From: Eledone cirrhosa
Taxonomy: Eukaryota
Length of the DNA: 64,000 bases
NCBI GenBank assembly: GCA_964016885.1
Contig: OZ024750.1
Span: forward strand, 50,778,001-50,842,000
Direction of reading: 5' to 3'
The notes under the pieces were generated by a model. It did not search any database. It saw only the letters and a list, made by a program, of their open reading frames with translations, and was not told where the DNA came from. Positions 1 to 12,999 of this stretch are shown here, in pieces. Both the position numbers and the translations under genes were made by a program. How positions within the stretch are numbered: the first letter of the stretch is position 1; each line of letters opens with the position of its first letter.

Positions 1-210
1 CCGGACGGTTGTTCATATATTGTCAAATTTCTTTCGTCACACATCCTTTGTTCTGTCATACGCCATCTTGTTTTTGTGTGTGTTGTGTGTTTCGTTTGCG
101 CATGTGTTACAACCAGGTGTCTGTGTGTGTTTATATTTGTTTATTTATTTGTTTATTTACATGTTACTGTTTGGTTGTATGTTCTATGTGTGTGTGTTTT
201 CATTTTGTCC

Positions 211-935
211 TTAATTGTGAGTTGTGATGTTGCTATTCCATTCATGTTTTCTATTTAATTTTGGTTGGAGTTCATTTATGTTTATTGCTTCTGTGATTTG
301 TCTAAACATTGCGTCTTTTCTGTGTGTAGATTTTATTTTTATTTCTATGTTCTCTAATTTGCCCTTATGTTCTATTTTAGCATGTAGGTGGAGTACTGAT
401 GAGACTTTTCTATCTTGAAGCTCTCGCCAGTGTTCATTTAATCGTTCTCCTATACTACGAGCTGTCTCACCTATGTACACTATATTCTTATCTTTACATT
501 GTCCTTCAATACATCTTATGCTATATACTATGTTTCTAGTTTTACAGTTAATATGGTGCTTAATTTACAGATTATGCATTTCTTTATCTATACAGGGAGG
601 TCTTTGAAAAGGTCATATATTACTAATAAGTGTTTTTTATGGAGGTAACTGGTCTTTCTACTAGCTTTATATTTAGTTTAAGTTTATCTAGGGCCCTTCT
701 AAATTTGTAAGCTAATTCACCTCTAGGGGTTGTATTGATGAACATTACACTCTGGTATTTATTGCTATCATACCATCAGATTATTCTATTAACCTTATTC
801 CTATTTCTTTCTATTCTATTCCAAAATGTGCTCCTATACAAGGGGCAGGTCCCATTTAAATCTTTATTTACAATTGTTTCCCATTTGCTTCTGGCTCCTC
901 TATATACTCTGATTGTATCTCTCTGATTGTAACCA
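211..935 (-). pseudogene. PLE RT-thumb/linker + C-terminal GIY-YIG endonuclease, disrupted
   Basis: ORF 211..480 (YIGETARS..ER..EH) and part of ORF 776..1174 (SGYNQ...PLYRSTFW). Same family as 44455..44928. Confidence 0.8.
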
Positions 936-1118
936 GAGAACACACATAGAACAAACAACCAACCAGTAACATTTAAATAATCAAATAAATAAACAAATAA
1001 AAACACACGCAGACACCCGGATGTAACACATGCGCAAACTAAGCACACAACACACACAAAAACAAGATGGCGTAGGACAGAACAAAGGAGATGCACAAAA
1101 CAAAGAGAAGAATCCCCA

Positions 1119-1161
1119 GTCACTGAAGAGGTCACAGAATGTGTGACGAAAGACATTTGAC
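1119..1161 (+). ncRNA. Minimal type-I hammerhead ribozyme (family A pLTR)
   Basis: GTCA-CTGAAGA-G-GTCACA gaatg TGTGAC-GAAA-gaca-TT-TGAC. Stems I and II pair and the core boxes are intact. Confidence 0.7.
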
Positions 1162-1371
1162 AATATATGAACAACCGTCCGGTTGTGGAACTAACTAACC
1201 AACCGGAAATTTATAAATTCTTAAATTTATAAATTTAATTTATAATAAATTGGGGTGAAAACATCTGGTGCGTGTGTTTCTTATTGGCAACATGACCCTC
1301 CCAAATTATAACAATATTGGTTTCAACACACGTTTTCAGATATATAATCTTGCTAAACAAATTCAGAAACG

Positions 1372-1409
<38 letters not shown>

Positions 1410-1827
1410 GTATATGTATAAATATATATAGATATAGATGTAGATATATACATACGTGCATACGTGTTGATATCTACATGTTACTGTGTTCATCATACAT
1501 TACGTCGTAGTATAGATTCTACTGTAAAGAAAATAAATATTTGGAGCAGATAAAATTGAGAAAAATATGGAAACAATACTACAACAAACACCAAAAAATT
1601 TAAAAGAAGGCCTCCCAAAAATCATTATTCAGTTAAACAGTGTTGTATGCATTTTTTCTATTTTGTCGAGTCGTGTTTAAGCTGGCAATATTAGTTTGGT
1701 CGTTATATTTAATAGTTTCTTACTCAGCTATTTAAAAGCAACAGACATTTCAGAGATTACATTTAAGAAGTATTTTCAAAGGAGTTACATTCACTCAAAT
1801 GTATTTCCTTTCTTTTGGTTTCTTTTA

Positions 1828-2873
<1,046 letters not shown>

Positions 2874-3213
2874 CCATGTATATTTTGAAGTGAGACATAA
2901 AAACATAAATGACATTCAGGAAGAAAAAAAGCACAAAAAAAAAAATCATATTAACACCAAACTTGTATCGTTCTAGTCACGTTCGTCAATGAGATTTCTA
3001 AGAGTTACACAACCTGAGGAGATTATAGAGGTTTGGGTGCGGGAAAAGAAGAATAAACACTAACTGACGCAGTAACTATACCGGATGTTTGTCGCCATGT
3101 GTCGTTGCTAATGACTTCATGTCGGCTCCAATACATTCGGGAAAGGTTTTCTTTCAGTATAAAAATGCAACACAAAACAAAATGAAGCAACGAAAATCAT
3201 TGGACATTGCTTC

Positions 3214-4080
3214 GTGGATTGGCAGTATCGGTAGAGGATCGGACGCCATGCTTTGACGTATAGAGTTACGGCCCTTGTCATACTGAGTTCAAATCCCACC
3301 GTGGTTAACTTTGCCTTTCATCCTTACGGGGTCGATAAAATAAAGTACCAGTAATGCACTGGTGTAATTGTGGCCTTGTGCCAAATGTAGAAACAATTAT
3401 TTTAGCAAGTAGATTGGCAGTATCGGTAGAAGATCGGACGCCATGCTTTGACGTATAGAGTTACGGCCCTTGTCATACTCAGTTCAAATCCCACCGTGGT
3501 TAACTTTGCCTTTCATCCTTACGGGGTCGATAAAATAAAGTACCAGTAATGCACTGGTGTAATTGTGGCCTTGTGCCAAATGTAGAAACAATTATTTTAG
3601 CAAGTAGATTGGCAGTATCGGTAGAAGATCGGACGCCATGCTTTGACGTATAGAGTTACGGCCCTTGTCATACTGAGTTCAAATCCCACCGAGGTTAACT
3701 TTGCCTTTCATCCTTACGGGGTCGATAAAATAAAGTACCAGTAATGCACTGGGTAATTTTTGGCCTTGTGCCAAATGTAGAAACAATTATTGTAGCAATC
3801 GAATGGTGTCTTACAGTTACATCCCTTTACGTTCTGAGTTCACATCTCGTCGAGGCTAGATTCGCCTTTCATCCTTAGGGGTCGATAAAAGGAAATGCCA
3901 GACACACACTGGGGTCGATTTAATCGACTTTCCCCCTCCCTCAAATAGCTGGCCATGTGCCTAAATCAGAAACCATTATGGAATTGTCGCATATAGTTAC
4001 GTCCCTTTACGTTCTGAGTTCAAATGTCGCCGGGGTTAGCTTTGCCTTATAGGGTCAATAAAATATAGTACCACTAACGC
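3214..4080 (+). mobile_element. Head-to-tail array of tRNA-derived SINEs (3 near-identical 195-bp units + 2 diverged copies)
   Basis: A box TGGCAGTATCGG near 3220, 3415 and 3610. B box GAGTTCAAATCC. Body CTTTGCCTTTCATCCTTACGGGGTCGATAAAATAAAGTACCAG. Confidence 0.85.
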
Positions 4081-4092
4081 ATGATTTTGAAG

Positions 4093-4390
4093 GTACATGG
4101 TCTATTGATTAGAGTGTTCGGCTCACCATGATAAGACCATGTGGTCCATTATAGGCACTTATTTCACGTTGCTCCAATCCACACAACAAGCAAATTTGAT
4201 TTGTAACTGTAAACGAAATAGTCAGCCCTGTTACACATACTGACCTACTGAGTCGCTCCGAGAACTGAGTTAAAGGTGCACGTGTCTCTGGAATGTCTTA
4301 GAGACTTGTATTCGGAATTCATGAGCAGGCTGTTCCATTGATTGCACAACTAGAACAGTTGTCGTGGGAACCAACTAAGGTCCAAACACA
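4093..4390 (+). mobile_element. Degenerate second tRNA-SINE family
   Basis: Head TGGTCTATTGATTAGAGTGTTCGGCTCAC resembles 17530-17600, which keeps a B box (GAGTTCGATT). Confidence 0.45.
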
Positions 4391-4420
4391 TAATTTAATA
4401 ATATAATTTATGTTTATTTT

Positions 4421-4786
4421 AAACATATTTTGAAGGTCATTCGCTTTGAATTTTAAATTAGTGACTAATGTCACATACCTGGTCGCAGCAAAGGCAGAGC
4501 GGAGTAATCAACCGTCACCGTTTCTTACCTGTGTGTGGTTGTCAAGACTAAATACCTCTACGATTTTGCCGAGAGTTATAGAAGCTGGATTCTCATAGAT
4601 TCTTATAACAACCGGGCTGTATGTTAATGAGTTTCAACAGCACATAAACATAACTGGAATTCTATAAGAATAACTTACAAGTTAGAAACTGTGACCATCG
4701 ATTACTCCCCTTTGCTTTTGCCGAAACTAAGAATGTGACGTTGGTCACTACTTTAAAATTCATAGCGAATGGCCTTCAAAATGTTT
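4421..4786. mobile_element. Old MITE/foldback element with long imperfect inverted arms
   Basis: TTTTGAAGGTCATTCGCTTTGAATTTTAAATTAGTGACTAATGTCACAT pairs with ATGTGACGTTGGTCACTACTTTAAAATTCATAGCGAATGGCCTTCAAAA, and pairing continues inward. Confidence 0.65.
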
Positions 4787-4824
4787 GGCCTAAAAAAATC
4801 ATACGTATATTCATTTAAACATCC

Positions 4825-5194
<370 letters not shown>

Positions 5195-5814
5195 TTTGTA
5201 TAACCAACTTTTAACAAAGGGTATATATATATTTATATGTATAATATGTTCGTATCGTGAGAGAGTAGAGGTTTAAAGGGATAAGCGATACATCTAGTTA
5301 ATTACCAAAAGCTGGTGCATTTGTGCTCAATACTTGTGCCTACAGGGTTAAATATCGGAAGCGTTAATATTTAGCGTTAATATAACCAGAGCGGTTACAA
5401 ATGAAAGGATTACAAAGGAGCATGTTTACACAAAATCACCTACGATTCTCGAAGGCATACAAGTATAGAGAGTGTTCAGTACGGAACCCAGAAGGGGTTT
5501 TAAAGTGATAGTCACATAAAAGTTCATTCTTGATTCAAACAGACATGTTGTTATTGTCACAGAGCAAGGGGAGTAACTCTGGCCGGTGTTTGAATAAATG
5601 TCCCCAAAAGGCTTATTGTTCGCTCGCATGTTGGTTGTTTTCCATTACTATTTGATGGGTGCTACTTTACTATTGCCCAGTCAGGCCGGATCTGAGAGGC
5701 ATATTTGGTGTACAGATGTTTAGTTAAGCAACCTACCCACCGGCGCGTCATGGTTTGGTGCAGGGGACCCAGTTTATGGTGTTCAGGTCTCAACCCGGGT
5801 CCAACCATAGAATG

Positions 5815-7444
5815 ACTGCAATATTCTATGTCTGCAGTTTGTCACAGATTCTGCTCTGCTGTTGATGAGCTCTAGGGGTGCTCTTATGATTTGGTAAATT
5901 TCCATGAGGCAGAGTTGGCACTTCCTCTTGAAGTTGTACGGTGTTGCCCTGCTGACAATTTCCCAGTATGTGGAGAGGCTAATGTTGAGTCTTTTAATGT
6001 TGTGATGTAGTTGGCGAGTGATGTGGAGTATCTTAGGTTCTTGTTTCTAAAAGAGTGGAGATGTGTTCGAAATCTAGTTTTGAACGGGCCACAGGTGGCC
6101 CCTATATAATGCTTGACGCTATTATGGCTAATTATGGTGCACCTATAAATAACATTATCTGACAGGCAACTTCCCCTGAGCGGACAGCTTCCGTGATCTC
6201 GACAGTTGCATTGTCGGTAGCGGTCGCTGCCGCTACGGTGGCTCCTAGTGACCGAAGTAAAGCCATTACTATCACTACCTACGTTATTAGCCATGCTACC
6301 GCCACTATCTCTGTAGTTAGTACTATTATATCATATGGCGTGCGGGGTAGTACAATAATAACTGCTCACGCCACAGCGCCTTCTGTTGCCGCCTGCGACC
6401 CGTACAGGTCGCCAGCCTGCTCCCCATTCTCGCCGCAGTTATGTCGGTTGCGTCTGTTGGAGCTGCCGCCTACACTGTCGGGTGCTGCTAGGGAAGCATT
6501 AAGGCTATTAGGGTTTCTGTCAAGTCTAGACCTACCACTGCTATGGTGCCCTGTTTTGGTGAGTTTACTGTAGTTAGTTATCCCTATGATATCTGCTAGA
6601 TTAGGTGTAGTGGAGAAGGATATTTTAATATTCTTCTTATTGAGAATTTTCCTGTACTTATAGTTGGGTGGGAAGTTCTTCTTTAAGGCTTGGAAGAATA
6701 TCCTGGGCAAGTCAGAGGCCACACTCCAAGAGTAGGGAGGGTAGAAGCATAGGACATTACGTTGGCGGTTACGTGTAGCTGTGGGCTTACTACGGGTCGT
6801 GTTTTCGAGGTAACCGTTCTTATTGTTTCTATTGTGCTGGAGCCTAATGCGCGTCTCCTTCGCTTTATGCTCGGGTGCACGCGCCTTCCTTCCGTTATGT
6901 TTACGTGTAGCTAAACGCTGGTTGGAGGGTGTTGGTAAAAGGCCATCGCTATTGTTAATCTTATAGGCAGGGAATAATTCTAGTAGTCTACAGCAGCTAC
7001 CGTTGCCCGTATCATGACCCTTGTTATGGGGTAGGTCTTCTACAGCACCACCCATGCAGTTAAGGTTACGGCCGTGTTTCTTAGTGCGATTCTCTATACT
7101 ATAATTATTGACTCTATCATGACCGCTGCGTACTTGGTTATAGGTATGGCTTACTATAACATTAGTCCTATGATGGGGGTGGCTTCTAGAGTTAGCGTTA
7201 AGGAGGTAGGAGATTCTTCGGTTATATCCGGCATCTACTAAGGCTTTATTGTAGTAGTCGGCCGCTTGGTTGAATATGTCCTCGTTGGCGGAAAGCCTCG
7301 AGATACTATGGGATATGCTATATACTATGGAGTTTAGAGTAGACTTAGGGTGGTTGGATGCATAATTAATATATGATAGAATCTCGCCGGGCTTATGGTA
7401 TGGCTTGTACAGGCCCTTACCCAACTCCATGGTCACGTCCATAT
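5815..7444 (-). pseudogene. PLE (CxCx5C-linker, Hydra-like) RT thumb + GIY-YIG, 5'-truncated and frameshifted
   Basis: DVTMEL...YKPYHKP...YINYASNHP, then FYPPYS, then CNCRDHGSCPL...VIYRC...YIGAT...FKTRFRTH in ORFs 6366..7529 and 5884..6294. Confidence 0.88.
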
Positions 7445-7455
7445 GTATATATATA

Positions 7456-8026
7456 ATTATAAAGTGAAATGCGAGGAGGCCAAATATGTTGGATTGCCTT
7501 AATTTCTTATTTCTGCAAACACCATGCACATTTCAGTGGCCATGTTGCGTAAGAACCCCGTGACCTCATAAGATGTAAATTACGCAACAGATGTATACAA
7601 ACGGAATGATGGTAAACTTTAAGTAAACAAGCAAAAAAAAAGACACAGAGGAAAAAGTTGGTGCTTATGTTTTTGACCCAGAGACGGACGTAGTAGCATG
7701 CTGCCGCCTTGCTGCCCCTCTCTGTTGTTTCTTTGCTTATTTCCTTAAAGTTTACCATCATTCCGTTGGTATACATCTATAACGCAATTTACACCTGATG
7801 AAGTCACCGGGTTATTACAAACCTGGCCGGTCACTGAAATGTGCATAGTGTTTGCAGAAATGAAAAAATTTACTTTATAATACATTTACACCGTTCCCGC
7901 ACCCCAACATGATTCAACATCGAACATAGATGAGTTGTATAACGTCGAGTGCTTTTCTCATATTATGTCATGATTAACATTGCAGAATGACTAATTCTCC
8001 CCAGTGGTATACCATCAAATTTAAAC

Positions 8027-8027
<1 letters not shown>
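7456..8027 (+). mobile_element. ORF-less inverted pLTR hairpin cassette in (TA)n
   Basis: 7500-7640 is an imperfect reverse complement of 7728-7870. It carries an HHR and has TA runs on both sides. Confidence 0.75.
7791..7851 (+). ncRNA. Type-I hammerhead ribozyme
   Basis: ACAC-CTGATGA-AGT..stem II..ACT-GAAA-TGTGCA-TA-GTGT. Confidence 0.8.
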
Positions 8028-8076
<49 letters not shown>

Positions 8077-8134
8077 TAGCCTTCTATCCCTTTCAACGTT
8101 TTATATATATATATCTAAAAGTCTGTCTTGAGCC

Positions 8135-8397
8135 AGAAGGCTCATTTGGCCGGTGCTTATCGCCGTTTCATGGCGTGAAGCGACTGAGAGTACAAGACTC
8201 CCCCCTGGACAGGACGCCAGTCCATCGCAGGGTTAAACCTCCAGCTATTGCTGGTACTCATTTTCAGTCGAGTAAACTGGAGCACCGTGAAATAAAGTGT
8301 CGTGCTCAAGGAAACAATACATCACCCGTTCCGAGAATTGAACTCACAACCTTTCGATTGCAAGCCTACTGCTCTGACCACTAAGCCATGCGCCTTC
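8135..8397 (-). mobile_element. tRNA-derived SINE with CORE-like central domain
   Basis: Minus-strand A box TGGCTTAGTGG and B box GAGTTCAATTC, followed by CCTTGAGCACGACACTTT and GATGGACTGGCGTCCTGTCCAGGGG. Confidence 0.75.
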
Positions 8398-8407
8398 ACA
8401 ATATATA

Positions 8408-8780
8408 TGATGGTGGATGGGTGCTACAAGAGAATGCTGAGGATGGCTCTGAACATTAATCAGTATACACTGAGGATGAAGAACTCAGAGCTGTATGGGA
8501 GCTGCTAAAAAGTCAGCTCAAAAGTGACACACAGGAGACTGAGCTTAGCTGGACATGCTCACCGACATCCAGAGTTGACTTTGCACTCAGTGCTCCTGTG
8601 GAAGCCCCTACCTGGACACACTGGAAGAGGAAGAACAAGGTTAACGTATGTTGATGCCCTAAGGACAGACACTGGTCTGTTGGAGACGCAGGACATGGCA
8701 ACGATGATGTGGGACAGAGACCGTTGGAGAGAGCTCGTCCATGGAACTCGGGAATGTTACCTGCCCTAGAAAAAAAAAAT
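8408..8780 (+). pseudogene. 3' end of an RTE/RTE-X-type LINE ORF with A tail
   Basis: DGCYKRMLRMALNI...NSELYG*...RRLSLAGHAHRHPE...VLLWKP..GRGRTRLTYVDAL...MWDRDRWR, followed by a short A run. Confidence 0.8.
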
Positions 8781-9214
8781 ATATATATATATATATAACG
8801 TATGAAGTGTGGTAAGGAACCAGATGGGCCATAACGCACCAGAGTACTCAATACTTAGGGTAGTATATATATATGCATATATATATATATATGTGTGTAC
8901 ATTAAAATAAAATTTGTTTTCGCTCTAATATAGCGGATACCTAAATGTTTGTGTGTGAATAATAATATTATAAATATACGCTTCGTTTGTAATCAAACAG
9001 CCTCATAACTCTATGTGTGCTTTCTAGACGACTAACGCCATCCTTTTCTTCTAGTGGTAGCAGAGAGAAAGCTGTGTAAAATTGTTTCCTAGTTATTGCC
9101 CCTTATCAAGATTGTGTTTTCTCTCCTCTCTGTCTCCCGCTGGAACTGTTGAGAATACTTACTATTCGCTGTGGTAAACATCGGCTTATTAGCCAAATTT
9201 GCAAACCGAATATT

Positions 9215-9408
9215 AATAATTGTTTCTACTTTTGGCACAAGGCCAGCAATTACCCAGTGTATTACTGGTACTTTATTTTATCGACCTCGTAAGGATGAAA
9301 GGCAAAGTTAACCTCGGCGGGATTTGAACTCAGAATGGCAAGGGGCGTAACTCTACGCGTCAAAACATGGCGTCCGACCCTCTACCGATACTGCCAATCC
9401 ATCGCCCT
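9215..9408 (-). mobile_element. tRNA-SINE (same family as 3214)
   Basis: Reverse complement of the 195-bp unit. Confidence 0.85.
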
Positions 9409-9747
9409 TATATTAATAATATCATTACAATATTATCATTATTTAATCACGAATACATTTAAGTAACTTGTATGTTAAGAGCGAAAGCAATCTATTTTTC
9501 TTAATTATCAGCAAAGCCGGCTGTTAAATCTATCGGTATGTAAATTAACCTGATCAGATCATCTTAGATAATGCCATGTATTAATCAAAGGTTAATTAGT
9601 CTCTAATACTTAAACATTTCAATGAAATAAATCTCTAAGATTTACAGTATAAAGACTAAATAACCTTTTATTAATATATACATATATATATATATATATA
9701 TATTAATAAAAGGTTATTTAGTCTTTATACTCTAAATCTTAGAGTAG

Positions 9748-9972
9748 TAATACTTAGGGTAGTAGAATGGGTAATAGGAAAACGTATGACCCCGACGGCA
9801 GAGCTCAAGCCGTTTCGACGGCTATTTCTGGACAGTCCAGAAATAGCCATCAAACGGCTTGAGCTCTGCCGTCGGGGTCATACTTTTCCTATTACCCATT
9901 CTACTACCCTAAGTATTGCGTACTTTGGTGCGTTATGGTCCATCTGGTTCCTTACCACAATTCCTTCGTTAT
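9748..9972 (+). mobile_element. Family B pLTR fold-back centred in HHR stem II
   Basis: Near-perfect palindrome centred at ~9834 (ctggacAgtccag). Only the 3' half of an HHR is present: GAAA-CGGCT tgagctc TGCCG-TC. Confidence 0.75.
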
Positions 9973-9979
9973 ATATATA

Positions 9980-10073
<94 letters not shown>

Positions 10074-10548
10074 CGGGGTAACAAATAATAGTTATATGCA
10101 GTCCATTTAAGTGTAGTCCAGTTATGGTACTCCGGGTAGTGGATGATATCAACGCTTGGTTAAGTTTGACTCAACAAGGCGTTTCCATAGTGATGCTGCT
10201 AATACGCTGTAATTCCTATGTTGTAAACACTTAGAGTAATAATAAATCAGGAAAGAAGAGTGACATGCGGTGGATCCAAATATAATCATTGTTTAAAAAC
10301 ACCAGCTTATCTTTACACTCGATATAATACACCCAACTACAGTTTTTAAATGTCAATTTTATACATCTGCCTCATGTCAGCTAGTTTAACAAGCCTAAAT
10401 CATAGATATACTATACTTCCCACCTAGATTGATGTTGTGATTATTTCAAATAATTTATTAATAGCATTGTTGATATTGTTGTTATTGTTCTAACTGAAGG
10501 CCATTACTACTACATATTCATGCCTGTATATTCTCTTCATTCTCGCAA

Positions 10549-10654
10549 GCTCCGATGAACTGACTGGTTATAATTTTGTATTGGCGATCGAGTAAAGCGA
10601 AAATAAGCAGATAGCGATCACTAGACCTACCAGTTCAGAGAAACAATTGTCAGC
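10549..10654 (+). ncRNA. Hammerhead-like motif with long stem II (variant CCGATGA) in a solo pLTR (~10085-10712)
   Basis: GCT-CCGATGA-actgactggt...accagttcaga-GAAA-CAATTG-TC-AGC. Confidence 0.6.
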
Positions 10655-10710
10655 AATGAGATTGAAAACCTTTTTTGTATAGCAAACCGTGTCACTCTTC
10701 TTTCCTGATT

Positions 10711-10770
<60 letters not shown>

Positions 10771-11008
10771 GTAAATTTTCAATCAATCACATATATTTTT
10801 ATTGTTTGACCCGAATTACTTGGTCGTTTCTTTGGCTGTGCGGATGTTTGTTTAACCATCGTCTCAGTGTGTTTGGCCTTTAACGTATGTTGTAGCTCTG
10901 GTTCATTTCAATCATCGAGCGCTTGCCACACGTCTCGGAAGTTGTTTTTCGTTAATTCCTAAGCCGAAATACGATTCTCGCTAATTTATATTCATATATA
11001 TATATATA

Positions 11009-11517
11009 TTGTTATGCTTTAGGAGGGTCATGTTTCCAATAAGAAACAAACGCACCAGTTGCTTTCACTTAAATTTATCATAATTTAAATTTATAAGTTT
11101 CCTGTTGGTTGGTTGGTTCCACAACCAGACGATTGTTCGTATATTGTCAACGTTCATTCGTCACACATTGTGTGACCTCTTTAGTGACTGGAGATTCTTT
11201 TCTTTATTTTTGTGCCACTCCTTTGTTCTATCCTACGCCAGCTTAACACAAAGAAAAGAATCCCCAATCACTGAAGAGATCACAGAATGTGTGACGAAAG
11301 AACTTTGACAATATACAAACAATCGTCTGGTTGTGGAGCCAACCAACCAACCGGAAATTTATAAATTCTTAAATTTATAAATTTAATTTATAATAAATTT
11401 AAGTGAAAGCAACTGGTGCATGTGTTTTTTATTGGCAACATGCCCCTCCCAAAGCATAACAATATCGGTTTCAACACACGTTTTCAGATAAAGAATCTTG
11501 CTAAACAAATTAAGAAA

Positions 11518-11520
<3 letters not shown>
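11009..11520 (+). mobile_element. Family A pLTR asymmetric hairpin cassette in (TA)n; HHR at 11267-11309
   Basis: 11009-11205 is inverted relative to 11250-11463. Motif CTGAAGA-GATCACA..TGTGAC-GAAA-GAAC-TT-TGAC. Confidence 0.8.
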
Positions 11521-11553
<33 letters not shown>

Positions 11554-11702
11554 GGGTTAAAATACTGGGGCGTGTTGCAGTTAAACACCCTCTTCGTATT
11601 ATAGAAATGACAGTAAAAGGTATAGCTCAATGTAATTAAACAGAGCCGAAGAATTATGAAAGTAAAACAAAGAAGCCTTCAATACATCAAAAGTCTTTAT
11701 TA

Positions 11703-11740
11703 GCCAACAAGGTTTCGTCCTATTAAGGACTCATCAAAGC
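11703..11740 (-). ncRNA. Minimal hammerhead (TTGATGA variant) in a ~205-bp solo pLTR between TA runs
   Basis: Minus strand GCT-TTGATGA-GTCCT taat AGGAC-GAAA-CCTTG-TT-GGC. Confidence 0.65.
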
Positions 11741-11968
11741 AATTAAAACAACAAGAAGTATTATATATACATATATATATCTATGTATATATATGCACAT
11801 ATATATACATATGTATATATATATATATTGTTTCCGAGGATCTCATACAGGGGGGAGGGGTTAGAAATTGTTTGCTTCAAATTTTAATACATTTTTTGCC
11901 GATGGAGGATTTGATCTGAGAAACTGAAACACAAACACATGCGTACACACACACACGCACACACACAC

Positions 11969-12012
<44 letters not shown>

Positions 12013-12084
12013 TGACTTACGAGCATACTAATTCACACATACACACACAGATTGGTAAATATATAAACATAAATAGATGGTTAT

Positions 12085-12174
<90 letters not shown>

Positions 12175-12194
12175 GTATTTATTAGCCACAAGGG

Positions 12195-12990
12195 CTTGAC
12201 TAGTCTACTTATCCGTTCACTGTAAGCTTTACGTGCCGGCAACGTCACGTTCAGCTTCCAGTATCCGGGTCCCTGTCTATGTGTTCTATCACGGTTGACT
12301 AAGCAGACGACTAATTTGTGATCTGAATAGGCAACCATGTGCATTCGTGGACAGCTTCTCTTTCTCTAATGAAGACCCTATCTAAATCAATCTACATGTG
12401 CCGCTGTGGTTTGCCCACGTCCACTGTGGTGCAGTCGGGAAATACAGTCGATACCTATCGGCCAGTTGGAATTGGCCGATTAACGTTTTGAGGCTGTTGC
12501 ATCCCGCTCTACTGGGACATGCTCCCACATAGTCCCATCGTGCATCTAGGATACCATTCCAGTACCCCACTAAAAGTAAGGAGCGAGACGTTCCCAGAAA
12601 AGACTCTAGACGCTTAAAGAAGTCTGGCCGGGATTGCGATTGCCCGGTCGGGGCATAAACGGCCACCAGTCTGAAGGCTCCACCTCAAATACTGTTCACG
12701 TCTAGGACTACCAGTCTACCCTCCGGGTCCAAATTTACTTGCTGTACTTCGACGTCCAGGTTCTTCCGAAACATGACAGCCACTCCACCTCCACCTCCTG
12801 GCTGACAGAGAGATGCGTAGATCTCAAAGTCGTCGAAGATGGTGGTTAGTTGCTGCCTGTTGTGGATTCTGGACTCGGTGATGGCTATCACATCCATACT
12901 GTGTGACCTAAGGTCGTTTAAAAGTTGGCCCTGTTTCCAGGGCATCCCTAGGCCACGCACATTCACGGTTCCAACTCGTAAACTAGCCAT
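12195..12990 (-). pseudogene. Tx1-type apurinic endonuclease domain (ORF2 N-terminus), disrupted
   Basis: TVNVRGL, ITES, DPEGRLVVLD, AVYAP, VGYWN, WTW, YSDHKLV and GPGYWKLN across ORFs 12685..13032, 12382..12666 and 12081..12344. Confidence 0.88.
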
Positions 12991-12999
12991 GTTGGTGAA

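Larger units (their letters stand above)
1..1372 (-). mobile_element. 5'-truncated Penelope-like element (family A) with 5' inverted pLTR, ending in (TA)n
   Basis: Minus-strand GIY-YIG remnant (YIGETARSIGERLNEH...KHEWN). 938-1182 is the reverse complement of 1-200. (TA)n starts at 1373. Confidence 0.85.

Noticed and set aside
3214-3800. Regularly spaced repeats as a CRISPR array or tRNA gene cluster
   Set aside because: The 195-bp units have no unique spacers. The A/B boxes belong to a SINE body and do not form a full cloverleaf.
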